Positions 1 through 9,872 are shown, counted from the stretch's first letter. The stretch is DNA of 64,000 nt from GCF_002087085.1 NZ_MWQY01000001.1:248001-312000; one strand, 5' to 3'. Made by a program: numbers and translations. Notes: generated from the sequence alone by a model not told the origin.

Positions 1-2
1 TC

Positions 3-224
3 AGACGTCCGGCGACTCTGGGATTCCTGAGCGACCGCATCAAAGGCTCTGTAATGGCCACCGGGCTCTCCGGAGAGAGCCAGCTCAAGACCCTCATGAT
101 CGCCGTGCTGTCCCCCCTCTTCGGTCTCGCCGCGGACCGCTTCGGCCTGGGGCCGGCAATGCTGCTGGCAGCCCTCGTTCCGGCCCTGGCGTATCCTCTT
201 ATAAGGTTCCGTCCGGATACCTAG
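3..224 (+). CDS. MFS transporter, C-terminal fragment (5' end outside window)
   Basis: Frame from position 3 reads RRPATLGFLSDRIKGSVMATGLSGESQLKTLMIAVLSPLFGLAADRFGLGPAMLL...*; hydrophobic helices with a G-x-x-A-D-R-F-G loop; stop TAG at 222-224. Confidence 0.75.
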   Translation, partial: RRPATLGFLSDRIKGSVMATGLSGESQLKTLMIAVLSPLFGLAADRFGLGPAMLLAALVPALAYPLIRFRPDT

Positions 225-230
225 GAAGCT

Positions 231-268
231 TTCTTCTGCGGCCCTCCGCTGCCCCGGCCGCAGAAGAA
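231..268. terminator. Hairpin between convergent genes (likely bidirectional terminator)
   Basis: Perfect 13-bp inverted repeat TTCTTCTGCGGCC / GGCCGCAGAAGAA. Confidence 0.65.
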
Positions 269-277
269 CGGGGTTAT

Positions 278-2158
278 TCAGTCCGCCGGCCGCAGAAGCC
301 GCATGCCGTTCAATATAACCAGCATTACCGAGGCCTCGTGAATCAGCATCCCCCCCGCCATGTGGACGTTACCGCTCAGAACGCCGATCAAGAGTCCCGT
401 GACGGTAATTATTGCCAGCGCGATATTCTGACGTATGTTCCGCAATGTTCCGCGGGAACGCTCGATTGCCTGGGCGACCACGGTCAAATCATTCCGCATG
501 AGGGCTATATCGGCGGTTTCCATGGCTATATCGGTTCCGCCGTCTCCCATTGCGATGCCCACGTCGGCGCTGGCCAGAGCGGGGGCGTCGTTTATGCCGT
601 CCCCCACCATTGCCGTGGTGAATCCCTCCTCCTGAAGAGCCCGTATATGTGCCAGTTTTTCTTCAGGCAGCAGTTCCGCGTGCACTTCGGTAATGCCCAC
701 CTGCCGGGCGACGGCCTGGGCAGTTCGCCGGTTGTCTCCTGTAAGCATGACAATTCTCTTGACCCCGCTTGAGCGCATCCGGGCGACGGCCTCCTTTGCA
801 TGGCTTCGCACCGGGTCGGCGACGCCGATAAGCCCGACCAGCCGATCGTCCAGGGCTACAAATACCATTGTCTCCCCCGATCCGATATCCGCTGCTCCGA
901 CATCTTCTTGATCAATATTGATCCCCGACTCTTCCATGAAGCGTCTGGAACCCACCAGGATATTTTTTTCCTGCCACGCCGCCTTTATTCCTTTGCCCGC
1001 GACAGCCTCGGCGCTCGTCGGCGGGGGAACCGGCCCCTGCTTCTCTGCAGTCTTTACAATTCTTCCCGCTATCGGATGTTCCGAGGCGCTCTCGGCAATC
1101 GCAGCGTAAAACAGAACCATATCCGGACTGATTCCGTCATCTTTCTGCAGAGAAACAATCCTTTCCACTCTCGGATCGCCGAGAGTGAGGGTTCCCGTCT
1201 TGTCTAGGGCGACAGCGTCGATTTTTCCGCTTGTTTCCAGATGGGTTCCGCCTTTCATGAGGATTCCCTGCCGCGCCGCTCCTCCTATGCCGGCTACGAT
1301 CGAGACGGGGGTCGAGATCACCAGCGCTCCGGGGCATCCGATTACCAGCACCGTCAAGGCAAAGGACGGGTCTCTGGTAACAAGGTAGATCACCCCTGAA
1401 AGCCCAATAATAAGGGGGGTATACCAACGGGCAAAGCGTTCCATAAATCGCTGGGCAGGGGCCTTGGCCTCCTGGGCTTCTTCCACGCGGTGAATGATAC
1501 GCGCCAGGGTTGTGTCTTCTCCAATCCCAGTAGCGCGGAGGGTAAGTACTCCGTTCTCGTTCTGCGTACCCGCAAAGACGGAATCTCCCGTCTGTTTAAG
1601 GACCGGAAGGGGTTCTCCGGTAATGGCGCTCTCGTTGACACTGGAGGAGCCGCTTTTGACCTCACCGTCAACGGGGACGCGGCCTCCGGGTTTCACTATC
1701 AGAATATCGTTAACTTGAATTTCCTCTAGAGGAACAGAAATCTGCTCTCCGTTTTTTAGCAGAATGGCTTTGGAAGGAGCAATTTCAATGAGCTCTCGGA
1801 TTACCCGGCGAGTTCTGGCCATGGTACGGGCTTCCAGATATCCGCCGAGGTTGAACAGAAAGGTAACCGCCGCGGCTTCCCAGTATTCCTGAATAAGAAT
1901 GGCCCCTATCATTGCGAGAGAGACCAGGAGTTCGATTCCGACGTGGCGGTTTCCGAGGGATCGGAGGGCTTTTGCCGTTATGGGCAGGCCCGATACAAGC
2001 GCGGACGCCCCCATCAGAACCGCCCATAGAACCTCGAGTTTTAACAGCCATCCGGCGGCCAGGGCCCCGATAATGAGGCCCCCCGCTGTAATGACAGTTC
2101 CCTTTGAACTTGTGGTAATGGCCCCAAGTACTCTGGAGATGGTCGCGTTCATATTCAC
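278..2158 (-). CDS. Heavy-metal-translocating P1B-type ATPase (no N-terminal metal-binding domain); start may be ATG 2152
   Basis: TGE, CPG-ALVISTP, DKTGT, SEHP, TGDN and GDGINDAPALA motifs; HEAS in last TM helix. Confidence 0.95.
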   Translation of the reverse strand: MNMNATISRVLGAITTSSKGTVITAGGLIIGALAAGWLLKLEVLWAVLMGASALVSGLPITAKALRSLGNRHVGIELLVSLAMIGAILIQEYWEAAAVTFLFNLGGYLEARTMARTRRVIRELIEIAPSKAILLKNGEQISVPLEEIQVNDILIVKPGGRVPVDGEVKSGSSSVNESAITGEPLPVLKQTGDSVFAGTQNENGVLTLRATGIGEDTTLARIIHRVEEAQEAKAPAQRFMERFARWYTPLIIGLSGVIYLVTRDPSFALTVLVIGCPGALVISTPVSIVAGIGGAARQGILMKGGTHLETSGKIDAVALDKTGTLTLGDPRVERIVSLQKDDGISPDMVLFYAAIAESASEHPIAGRIVKTAEKQGPVPPPTSAEAVAGKGIKAAWQEKNILVGSRRFMEESGINIDQEDVGAADIGSGETMVFVALDDRLVGLIGVADPVRSHAKEAVARMRSSGVKRIVMLTGDNRRTAQAVARQVGITEVHAELLPEEKLAHIRALQEEGFTTAMVGDGINDAPALASADVGIAMGDGGTDIAMETADIALMRNDLTVVAQAIERSRGTLRNIRQNIALAIITVTGLLIGVLSGNVHMAGGMLIHEASVMLVILNGMRLLRPAD

Positions 2159-2370
2159 ACCTTCGATACTTTGGCGGAATAGCCTGCCTGGCGGACTGCA
2201 CGGACTATATCGTCCTGCGACGTAAGCTCGTCATCGTGCTCCACCTCAATCTTTCCGGTATTGAAGTAAACCTTCGCGAAATGAACGCCCTTGTTGGACA
2301 TAAGACTCTTTTCTATCTTTGCCACACAGGACGGACAGGATAACTGATCGCTTCTAAGCAGTGTTTTCAT
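2155..2370 (-). CDS. HMA-domain metallochaperone (CopZ-like)
   Basis: 71 aa, LSCPSC motif, overlaps ATPase start, SD GAGGAGG. Confidence 0.92.
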   Translation of the reverse strand: MKTLLRSDQLSCPSCVAKIEKSLMSNKGVHFAKVYFNTGKIEVEHDDELTSQDDIVRAVRQAGYSAKVSKV

Positions 2371-2427
2371 AATTGCCTCCTCGCAATGTATCTGACGATA
2401 AATTACAGGAGACGGAAGCAGGGAACC

Positions 2428-2441
2428 ATGATCCAGATCAA
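2428..2441 (-). promoter_or_regulatory. FNR-type binding box upstream of HMA/ATPase operon
   Basis: TTGATctggATCAT on minus strand, 1 mismatch to TTGAT-N4-ATCAA; adjacent Crp/Fnr gene has an ET-x-SR recognition helix. Confidence 0.75.
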
Positions 2442-2456
2442 TTAACGGGGAATTTT

Positions 2457-3212
2457 TCAGTCGAATACGTCTTCCGTCAGTTTTTTTAATCCCTCCGGAT
2501 CCTTTATGGCGATCCAGCCGCGTCCGCTTTCGATGAGGCCTTTCTTTTGAAAACGGCTGACGATCCGGCTGGCCGTCTCCGTCGTAATCCCGATCATCGC
2601 TGCGAGTTCCTCTCTGGAAACAGGGGCGTTTATAAGGTTTTTTCCCTCCCAGGGGCGGCCGAGTTTTTCTCCCAGACGCAGCAACAGCCAGGCGCTTCGG
2701 TTTTCCGCCGAGTATGAACCCAGACGCCTCATCAGCTCATGGGAAAAACGCACCCTGTGGGAAAGTATCTCCACCGTACGGACTGCAACCTGGGGGTGCA
2801 TGGTAAGAACCCGGTGAAAGTTTTCTGAGGAAATTTTCAGAAGACAGCAATCCATTGCGGCCACGGCGGTCTCCTCGTAGCATTCCGGTCCGAATCCGGC
2901 GACTGAGCCGAAGTGTTCTCCGGGTTTCAGTATGTCGATCAGCAGGATTCCTCCGTCGCCGCTGGCACTGTAGAGCTTTACAAGTCCTGTGGCCACAATG
3001 AACAGGGAATCGGCGTTGTCTCCTTCCCGGAGAATAGTCTTGTTCGCAGAGAATCCGACGTCCCGGAAGCGGCTGTTTATTTCATCGATCTGTCCGGGTT
3101 CCAGGTTTGAAAAAAAGGGACTTTCCCGGATCAGTTTCCTTCGCAGATCCAGGGAACAATGCTCGACAGGACCAGCCAGGGAATGGACCGGATTGCGATG
3201 ATGATGACTCAT
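2457..3212 (-). CDS. Crp/Fnr family transcriptional regulator
   Basis: cNMP-binding-like domain plus HTH SREELAAMIGITTETASR; N-terminal His-rich stretch and Cys. Confidence 0.93.
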   Translation of the reverse strand: MSHHHRNPVHSLAGPVEHCSLDLRRKLIRESPFFSNLEPGQIDEINSRFRDVGFSANKTILREGDNADSLFIVATGLVKLYSASGDGGILLIDILKPGEHFGSVAGFGPECYEETAVAAMDCCLLKISSENFHRVLTMHPQVAVRTVEILSHRVRFSHELMRRLGSYSAENRSAWLLLRLGEKLGRPWEGKNLINAPVSREELAAMIGITTETASRIVSRFQKKGLIESGRGWIAIKDPEGLKKLTEDVFD

Positions 3213-3267
3213 GCTGTAATAATACGGGAATGCCGGAGAATTTCAAAGGGAGATACTCAGGAACCTT

Positions 3268-4188
3268 CTACTGTCGATATCTGGAGGCAATTCGCAGCAG
3301 TTCCAGCCTGCTTGAAGCGCCGGTCTTCTTGAAAATATTGTAGACGTGGGTCCTCACGGTAGGAAAACTGACGAAGAGGTTCTCCGCAATCTCCCTGTTG
3401 CTCATTCCCCGGGAGACCATCTCGATTACCTCGGCTTCGCGTCGGGAAATTCCATACTCCTTTATGAATTGCCAGCTTATTTTACCATCCTCTATAAAGG
3501 CGTTGGGTTGTCGAATGTAGCGGATAAAAGCTGCCAGGGTAAGCATATTCAGGAAAAAGAAGAAAAAGAACTCCAGAAGAACGACCTGCTCGACCTGGGT
3601 TCCCAGGAGAGCAAGGATCAGGCTGAAAACCAGAATGGCAACGCCGAAGGCCAGGAGTGCAAACCCGTAGCCCCGCAGGATAAACGCCGCTGTGTCCTGC
3701 TTGAGCCTGCGGGCTGCCTCAAGAAAGCCGCGCCCGATGTAGAAAACAAATATGGAACCGGCGGCCAGTTTGAAAAACATGAAGGGCAGGGGATGCTTCT
3801 CTGCGAAAACGAAGATCCCCGGAACCAGGGTAAAGCCCAGAAGCAGCAGCAGGTAATAGAGCAGCATGGGAGACAGGGCCAGCAGCAGCTCCGGTTTTCT
3901 TACCGGGGCGGGGGAACTCAGCATTGAAAAGAGCAGAAACAGATACGCCAGAGTTCCCATCAGAAGGTTGACGGGCCCCAGGAACCTCGCTGCAGGGATG
4001 CGGATGATCTGCTCCAGGTAGTAGACTATGGCGGTTACAAGGAGCCATGCTGTAAATGTCGATACAAGGGCAAGAATCCATCCCAGAAAACGATGGCCCA
4101 GTCTCTTCCAGAGTATCGATATCATGGTAATTCCGGCAAAACCGGAGGAGAGGAAAATAAAATAGAGAAACAACACCAGGTGCCGCAT
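3268..4188 (-). CDS. Membrane-integral LuxR-family regulator (about 7 TM plus C-terminal HTH)
   Basis: Hydrophobic N-terminus; ISRREAEVI...SNREIAENLFVSFPTVRTHVYNIFKK. Confidence 0.9.
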   Translation of the reverse strand: MRHLVLFLYFIFLSSGFAGITMISILWKRLGHRFLGWILALVSTFTAWLLVTAIVYYLEQIIRIPAARFLGPVNLLMGTLAYLFLLFSMLSSPAPVRKPELLLALSPMLLYYLLLLLGFTLVPGIFVFAEKHPLPFMFFKLAAGSIFVFYIGRGFLEAARRLKQDTAAFILRGYGFALLAFGVAILVFSLILALLGTQVEQVVLLEFFFFFFLNMLTLAAFIRYIRQPNAFIEDGKISWQFIKEYGISRREAEVIEMVSRGMSNREIAENLFVSFPTVRTHVYNIFKKTGASSRLELLRIASRYRQ

Positions 4189-4271
4189 ATCGGAGAGAAT
4201 AGTATGCCACGGAGGAAAGACTGTAAATAGCCCCGCCCCCGGGCATCCCTTCCTTACGGCAGTTCAAGGTG

Positions 4272-4874
4272 CTAGAACCTGTACGCAATCCCCAGGTCAG
4301 CCCAGAAGCCGGAGAGTTCATCGGTATCCGCCAGGTCGGTCCGGATGGGACTGGTCGTTCTGAACCCTCCACGGACACAAAGGGAGTAGCTTTCACCCAG
4401 GTTCACCAGGCCTTCCAGCCCTGCGGAATAGACCGCGTAGCTCAGCTGGTCAAGCACCTCTTCGGTCCATCGCAGATCATCGGCATACTTGTGTTCATAC
4501 CGGTAGACCAGCTGTCCGGAGCCCATCTCCAGGGGCAGGGCCAGTTCTATACCCGGGGCAAGTTCCATCTTCGGCCGCAGTCGCAGTGCTGCATATGCGG
4601 TCTCCATGTGATATTCCCTTCCCAGAGGGTCCTCCATCCCGTGGTCTGTCCGGCTCATTCCCCGGGCCGACACGCCTATATCCAGCCAGCTTTTCATTTC
4701 CCGTGTAAGGGCGGCGCCGAATTCCAGGGTCCCCTCTCCGCCGCTGATTCCGCCTCCGGCTTCCATCTGCACGGACCATAATGCCCGGTCCTCCCGGGGC
4801 TGCTGGCAGATCAGCGGAGCCGCCAGCAAGAGTAATACCATCGAAATAATACCAGTACGGTAGACAGCCTTCAT
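4272..4874 (-). CDS. Exported protein, probable outer-membrane beta-barrel
   Basis: Signal peptide, alternating beta-strand pattern, C-terminal LGIAYRF. Confidence 0.7.
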   Translation of the reverse strand: MKAVYRTGIISMVLLLLAAPLICQQPREDRALWSVQMEAGGGISGGEGTLEFGAALTREMKSWLDIGVSARGMSRTDHGMEDPLGREYHMETAYAALRLRPKMELAPGIELALPLEMGSGQLVYRYEHKYADDLRWTEEVLDQLSYAVYSAGLEGLVNLGESYSLCVRGGFRTTSPIRTDLADTDELSGFWADLGIAYRF

Positions 4875-4958
4875 AATTTTCCTCCAAGGCCTTGTGATGG
4901 CCCTACCGTACAGGCAGAAAGGAGAGGAAAAAATCGGAAATCTGTATGATTTTCTAAA

Positions 4959-6065
4959 CTAGGACGAAATTCCTAGATCTTTCAGAAGCAGGGAGTATAT
5001 TCTGGCGGCCCGGACCACCTCTTCAAAGTCCACGGACTCATCGATGGTATGGGCCAGGGAGAGCTGCCCGGGGCCCAGAATCAGGGCATGGCAGCCGGCA
5101 TCCCGCAGAAGGTTCGCATCGGAGTGGCTGCGGAATGCCGCGGGTTTCCATTCCATATGGGTTTGTCGGTAAACCTCTTTGAGTCCCCGGACCAGCGAGA
5201 CGGATTCATCTATTGTATAGCCGTCGGTACGGGTGGGAAACTCGATTTCGTAATGGGATGCCCCGGAACTGTTTAAATGCTGATTGGAGAACTCCTGGGC
5301 TTCCGCGGCGTAGTCGCTGGAGCTCACCTCGGGGGGGATATGCAGGTCCACCGCCGCGGCGCACTGGTCCGGAACGGCGAAACCGGACTCGGAACTGTGA
5401 AGATCCCGGATATTTATTATGGTATCAGGCTCCTCCTCGATTCTGTCTTCCAGGTATAGAAGATAGTTGAGCATGCAGCGCACGGCATTGGTCTCCCGGC
5501 TGGCCATGGCCGCGTGACGGCGGTAACCGTAGGTCCGGATCAGCATCTCCACATAACCGAAATGCTCAAGACAGGGCTGCAGCCCCGTTGGTTCCGCCAC
5601 CAGGGCCTCTTTATAGCTGAATTTCTCAAGCAGCGCAGCCGTACCGTCTCCGCTCTCCTCTTCGCCGACCACAAGAGCAAGGGTGGCGGACTCCGGCAGG
5701 CCGCCGTCTTCGTGGGCGCTGATGAATCCCTCGATCATGGCGGCGCAGCCGCTTTTCATGTCCGAGGTTCCAAGGCCGTAGCAGCGTCCCCCGGACTGGC
5801 TGAACTCGAACTCTTCGATATCGAAGGCTGGCACCGTATCTATATGCCCGAGAAACAGGAGCCCGTCGGAGTCGGTCCCGGAGCCGATTATCAGGTTGTC
5901 CCTTCCTTCGTCCACGCTTTGACGGCGGACGATCAGTCCCCGTTCCCGGATATACTCCTCGAGGTAATCCGTCAGCTCTTCCTCTTTTCCCGAAGGGCTG
6001 TAGATATCCACCATATCTTTCAGCAGGGCAAAGAGGCGTTTACGGTTTACCTCGTGTTCCTTCAT
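4959..6065 (-). CDS. M20/ArgE-DapE family metallohydrolase (deacylase)
   Basis: SPSGKE, GHIDTV, GTSDMKSG, GEE, AEPT, SDA and AHTIDE motifs. Confidence 0.9.
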   Translation of the reverse strand: MKEHEVNRKRLFALLKDMVDIYSPSGKEEELTDYLEEYIRERGLIVRRQSVDEGRDNLIIGSGTDSDGLLFLGHIDTVPAFDIEEFEFSQSGGRCYGLGTSDMKSGCAAMIEGFISAHEDGGLPESATLALVVGEEESGDGTAALLEKFSYKEALVAEPTGLQPCLEHFGYVEMLIRTYGYRRHAAMASRETNAVRCMLNYLLYLEDRIEEEPDTIINIRDLHSSESGFAVPDQCAAAVDLHIPPEVSSSDYAAEAQEFSNQHLNSSGASHYEIEFPTRTDGYTIDESVSLVRGLKEVYRQTHMEWKPAAFRSHSDANLLRDAGCHALILGPGQLSLAHTIDESVDFEEVVRAARIYSLLLKDLGISS

Positions 6066-6547
6066 CAGCGGGGCTCCCGGTAGTTCTGCAGGTTCAGTGT
6101 CATGTAGATATGGTCCACCGGATTTTCAAAGCCCCGCCGCTCAAAAAAGCGTATAGCCTCCTCGTTGTCGGCCTGGGTATCCACCAGAAGCATCCTGATT
6201 CCCTCTTCGTCCATGATTTTCCTGAAGCGGTCAAAGAGCATCCCGCCGATGCCCCGTCCGGCGTAGGCCGGATCCACACCCAGCCACAGCAGGTGGCCAT
6301 AGGTCCAGGCGGAACGGGCCTTTTCAATGGTCGTGCCCATGGCGAAACCGATTACCCGGCGGTTCACGTCCGCCACCAGCATGTGTTCGGATTCGGAATT
6401 AAAGAGGTTCGTAACCTCGTACTCGTCCCAGGTGCGGTAGAGGTTGGAGTAATTCTGGGGAGTAAAAACCTTCTCTCCAATGTGGAAGATCGCCGCAAGA
6501 TCATCTATGCCCGGAAAGCGGATCTTAAGATCCTCAATATTTTTCAT
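6065..6547 (-). CDS. GNAT family N-acetyltransferase
   Basis: V-D-P-x-Y-x-G-R-G-I-G acetyl-CoA motif, N-x-x-A-x-x-F-F-x-x-x-G-F; coupled to the M20 gene. Confidence 0.9.
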   Translation of the reverse strand: MKNIEDLKIRFPGIDDLAAIFHIGEKVFTPQNYSNLYRTWDEYEVTNLFNSESEHMLVADVNRRVIGFAMGTTIEKARSAWTYGHLLWLGVDPAYAGRGIGGMLFDRFRKIMDEEGIRMLLVDTQADNEEAIRFFERRGFENPVDHIYMTLNLQNYREPR

Positions 6548-6568
6548 GGCTCTCTTGTTCTACCTGTA

Positions 6569-7663
6569 TCAGATTGTGTTTCCTGCGGCAAGCCGGGACG
6601 GACACTTCTCGGGCGTTTTATACCAGAGGCAGGGAGAACACTGTCTGCAGGTGTTTATCTTCTCCGCCGTGTTCCTGATTGTCTTCAGAGCCCATTGAGG
6701 ATCCGCCAGAATGCCCCGTCCCACCGCGACGAGGTCGGCGATTCCGGTCTTCAAGGCTTTTTCAGCAGTCCCTGGATCCAGGATTCCGCCGATACCGATG
6801 ACCGGAATACCCAGTTCCGGCCTGGCATTTCCCGCCAGGTGCAGCAGAGGATCGAAGCTGCTTCCCTCGGGGCGTACGGAATCCGGTACGCCGTGGGCCC
6901 GGGAAATATGCAGTATGGGGGCGCCTTCGGCTTCCAGCTTCCGGGCCGTGTCGATGCCTTCCTCCAGGGAGATTCCCCCTTCGTCCTTGTCGATAATGCC
7001 GAGACGGCAGCTCAGAAGGGCCTTGTCTCCCACAGCTTCCCGGCAGAGGCGATACGTCTCGATCAGGAAGCGCTGCCGGTTTTCAAGGCTGCCGCCGTAC
7101 CGGTCGGTCCTGGTGTTGGTCAGGGGAGAGAGGAACTGACTTCCCAGGTAGCCGTGGGCGTAGTGGAGTTCGATATACTCGAATCCCGCCTGTACCGCAC
7201 GTTTGGCGGCGCTGACAAAGTCGGCCTGAATACGCTCTATATCGTCGATACTCAGGGCCCGGCATTCGGGGCTGTCGGGTTGTATGCTGCCGTCGGTAGC
7301 GGGTGCCAGGGGAGTGAGGCCCCAGTTCCACTCCGGTGTGGACCTTCCTCCGGCATGGTTGATCTGTATTCCCGGAAGGGCCCCGGTTTTCCGGATTGTA
7401 TTCGCGAGTCGGGAGAGGCCCTGTATGTGCCGGTCTTCAAAAATCCCTAACTGATTTTTATGGAGTTTTCCGTCCGGAGAGACGGCCGTGGCCTCGACGA
7501 TCATCAGCCCCGGACCGGCGCAGGATGCGTAATGCCTGAGATGGACATCCCGTACTTCGGCATCTTCGCCGGATTTCCAGATTACCATGGGGGGCATTAC
7601 TATTCTGTTCTTAAGGTTTACATCCGCAACTTGAAAAGGAGAAAGCAGCCTAGAGTAGCTCAT
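6569..7663 (-). CDS. NADH:flavin oxidoreductase (old yellow enzyme family)
   Basis: LKNRIVMPPM, HAG, H-x-AHGYL, RTDRYGGS-x-ENR, C-terminal CxxCxxC...C. Confidence 0.92.
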   Translation of the reverse strand: MSYSRLLSPFQVADVNLKNRIVMPPMVIWKSGEDAEVRDVHLRHYASCAGPGLMIVEATAVSPDGKLHKNQLGIFEDRHIQGLSRLANTIRKTGALPGIQINHAGGRSTPEWNWGLTPLAPATDGSIQPDSPECRALSIDDIERIQADFVSAAKRAVQAGFEYIELHYAHGYLGSQFLSPLTNTRTDRYGGSLENRQRFLIETYRLCREAVGDKALLSCRLGIIDKDEGGISLEEGIDTARKLEAEGAPILHISRAHGVPDSVRPEGSSFDPLLHLAGNARPELGIPVIGIGGILDPGTAEKALKTGIADLVAVGRGILADPQWALKTIRNTAEKINTCRQCSPCLWYKTPEKCPSRLAAGNTI

Positions 7664-7748
7664 TGATGGGTCCTTGTTTTATTGGGTTATGCACTGGCCC
7701 TATTATAGGTAATTCCCCGGGCATCGGGCAAGCACAGAGGCGCGAAGT

Positions 7749-8036
7749 CTATCCGGAAATCTCGACGCTGAAGCCTGGAAACTCCCGTTCCATCTCCCGT
7801 TGAAGCTCCCGCCGGATGGATGAGCCCAGGTGTTCGTTGACAATGGAGCAGACCATACAGGTCGATCGGGGATCTGCTATGTCCATGAAAACGATCAGGC
7901 GCTTTTCGCTTTCGCTGTACCGTACCCGCCGGACAAGGTTGAGCTCTCCGATGCTGCGCAGGGTCTCCGGTTCCTTGACCCGCTGCAGCACTGAATCGAT
8001 TTTCCGCTGTACAGGAAGGGGCATTCCAGAACTCAT
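7749..8036 (-). CDS. DUF59/Fe-S assembly-like small protein with CxxC
   Basis: Real start likely ATG 8036 (overlaps upstream stop); LQRVKEPET...IGELNLV resembles the DUF59 V-x-D-P-E motif; CMVC. Confidence 0.7.
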   Translation of the reverse strand: MSSGMPLPVQRKIDSVLQRVKEPETLRSIGELNLVRRVRYSESEKRLIVFMDIADPRSTCMVCSIVNEHLGSSIRRELQREMEREFPGFSVEISG

Positions 8037-8665
8037 TTTTTCATGAACTCCGGCAGTCCCGCATAAATCCCGCTCAGGAGCTGCCGGAACCGGGGCTCCC
8101 GTGGAATACTGTGGATAAAGAAAACCTTGTTGTCCCGATAGCAGCAGAAGTGCAGCAGCGTATCGATGCCCTCCGTATTCTCGATCAGGGTCCGCATCTT
8201 CGCCTCCAGTCGGGGATTGTCCCATAAAAGAATAAATTCCCCTTCCCTGGTTTGAACTGTGTCGCGCTTCAGTTTATCTATTCCCTTTATGTCCACCCGC
8301 ATTTTAGGGAAGTAGCGTTTGGCAATAATATGACATTCTCCCTGAAGTTCTCTGGAAGAGTATATATGCAGATAGTAGCGGTCGTGGCGGGTTATCAACA
8401 GAGACAGGGGAAGGTAGAGTACGGAATGCCTGGGCAGCAGGGTAAAGGTGCCCTTTGCTTCCTTAAAGGGCGGATCGAGCTGATAGGTAAAATTGTGACC
8501 CAGAGTCCCGCCGATGTTTACATACTCCTTTTCCCCGGGAGAGAGTATCTCTTCCGTGACTGTACCGATCATGCCGCCGATTTCGCGGTTCTTTTTTCTC
8601 CCCTTGTAGTATCCGAGGGTTGTTGCAACGGCCAGAGCGATAAGAAGATAAATAAGTGAGTTCAT
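8033..8665 (-). CDS. Membrane-anchored hypothetical protein of the cstA-ArsA operon
   Basis: N-terminal TM helix; ATGA overlaps at both ends. Confidence 0.8.
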   Translation of the reverse strand: MNSLIYLLIALAVATTLGYYKGRKKNREIGGMIGTVTEEILSPGEKEYVNIGGTLGHNFTYQLDPPFKEAKGTFTLLPRHSVLYLPLSLLITRHDRYYLHIYSSRELQGECHIIAKRYFPKMRVDIKGIDKLKRDTVQTREGEFILLWDNPRLEAKMRTLIENTEGIDTLLHFCCYRDNKVFFIHSIPREPRFRQLLSGIYAGLPEFMKK

Positions 8666-9591
8666 GCTGAAGGCTCCTGTTGACGTATATGATCGAGGAT
8701 CTTGTCGATGGTAAGGTCTGCAAGATCCTCTGTCCTGTGGATACCCCCCGGAACCGACGCAATCTTGTTGATCGGAAAACTGGCGAAGTGGTTCTCGATT
8801 TCCGGATGGGAATCCTCCACCGAGGGGATCTTGTTAAGACAGACACTGTTGATGGTGATCTGAAGTTTCTGAAGCTCCTGTCTGATTCTCTTGGACTCTT
8901 CCAGGCTCAGGCGGTCATCGTTTATCACCAGAGACATGTAACTCCGTTCCGTAAAGAGCTGATAAAGCTTTTCCAGGCGGTCCGAGATCGACCCCAGCTG
9001 CATGGAGACCTTGTCGTCCTCTTTCTTTGTCGCCCCCTTCAGAACCGATGCTTCCGGATTCAGCCGGGTAAGGGTCTGCCTCTTGCTGAGGATTTTTTCC
9101 CTCATGGATGTGAGCTCCCGTACCCACAGGCGCGTTATTGACGGCATGGCCAGAAACTGCAGGGTCAGGGCCGTTGGCGGAGTGTCAAAAACGAGATACT
9201 CGTATTTATCCTTCCAGGTCTCATATATGTACTCGATGGCCCAGAGGGTCGCATATTCCTGGGTCCCCGGAGAGTATTTTAGAATATTCATATAGGAATC
9301 CAGGTTGATGGAAAGATTGTAGTTATAGTTCGATATCAGCTCGTCCCGGCTTTTCTTCAGATACCTCTGGACCCAGCCCTGGAGATCGATTTCCATGGCG
9401 TCGAGTCCTTTTACTATATTGCGGCGTTCATCCGCCAGGCGTGTATTGAAGATATCGCCCAGGTTATGAGCAGGATCCAGGCTGACGATAAGAACCGTGT
9501 TTCCCAGGCGGTTCAGCTGGTACGAAACCGCCGATGAGATGGTCGATTTACCGACCCCGCCTTTACCGAGAAAAAAAAGCATTCTTCGCAT
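8662..9591 (-). CDS. Single-domain ArsA/Get3-family ATPase
   Basis: GKGGVGKST deviant Walker A, DPAHNLGD, DTPPT, NK motifs. Confidence 0.92.
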   Translation of the reverse strand: MRRMLFFLGKGGVGKSTISSAVSYQLNRLGNTVLIVSLDPAHNLGDIFNTRLADERRNIVKGLDAMEIDLQGWVQRYLKKSRDELISNYNYNLSINLDSYMNILKYSPGTQEYATLWAIEYIYETWKDKYEYLVFDTPPTALTLQFLAMPSITRLWVRELTSMREKILSKRQTLTRLNPEASVLKGATKKEDDKVSMQLGSISDRLEKLYQLFTERSYMSLVINDDRLSLEESKRIRQELQKLQITINSVCLNKIPSVEDSHPEIENHFASFPINKIASVPGGIHRTEDLADLTIDKILDHIRQQEPSA

Positions 9592-9872
9592 CAGTCCACC
9601 TCCAGCATTCCAAGAAGACTGCCCAATGGGTCCTGGGCCAGGTCGGCACGGGAGATCATCAGTTTTATCTCCTCTTCCATGTAGGGCATCAGTTCAAGGG
9701 CCATTGCCGAGGGGGGAGATGGGAGCCCGACGAAGCTGCCGAAGAGGAGCAGGACAAAGATGTTTTCCATCTCTTTCAGTTCAAACTCAAGCATTCCGGT
9801 AGCCTTGTCGCGGTGGACCTGTACGGCGGTTTCCCAGAATACTCTGAGTCCCCTGGAGATTTTTTCCAGCAT
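9591..9872 (-). CDS. Small membrane protein between cstA and ArsA-like ATPase
   Basis: 93 aa, hydrophobic IFVLLLFGSFVGLPSPP...LELMP; SD AAGGAG; coupled to the ArsA gene. Confidence 0.8.
   Translation of the reverse strand: MLEKISRGLRVFWETAVQVHRDKATGMLEFELKEMENIFVLLLFGSFVGLPSPPSAMALELMPYMEEEIKLMISRADLAQDPLGSLLGMLEVD

Noticed and set aside
8662..9591. Arsenic-resistance arsA
   Set aside because: Single domain, metalloid-binding Cys set not evident, and no ars genes nearby.
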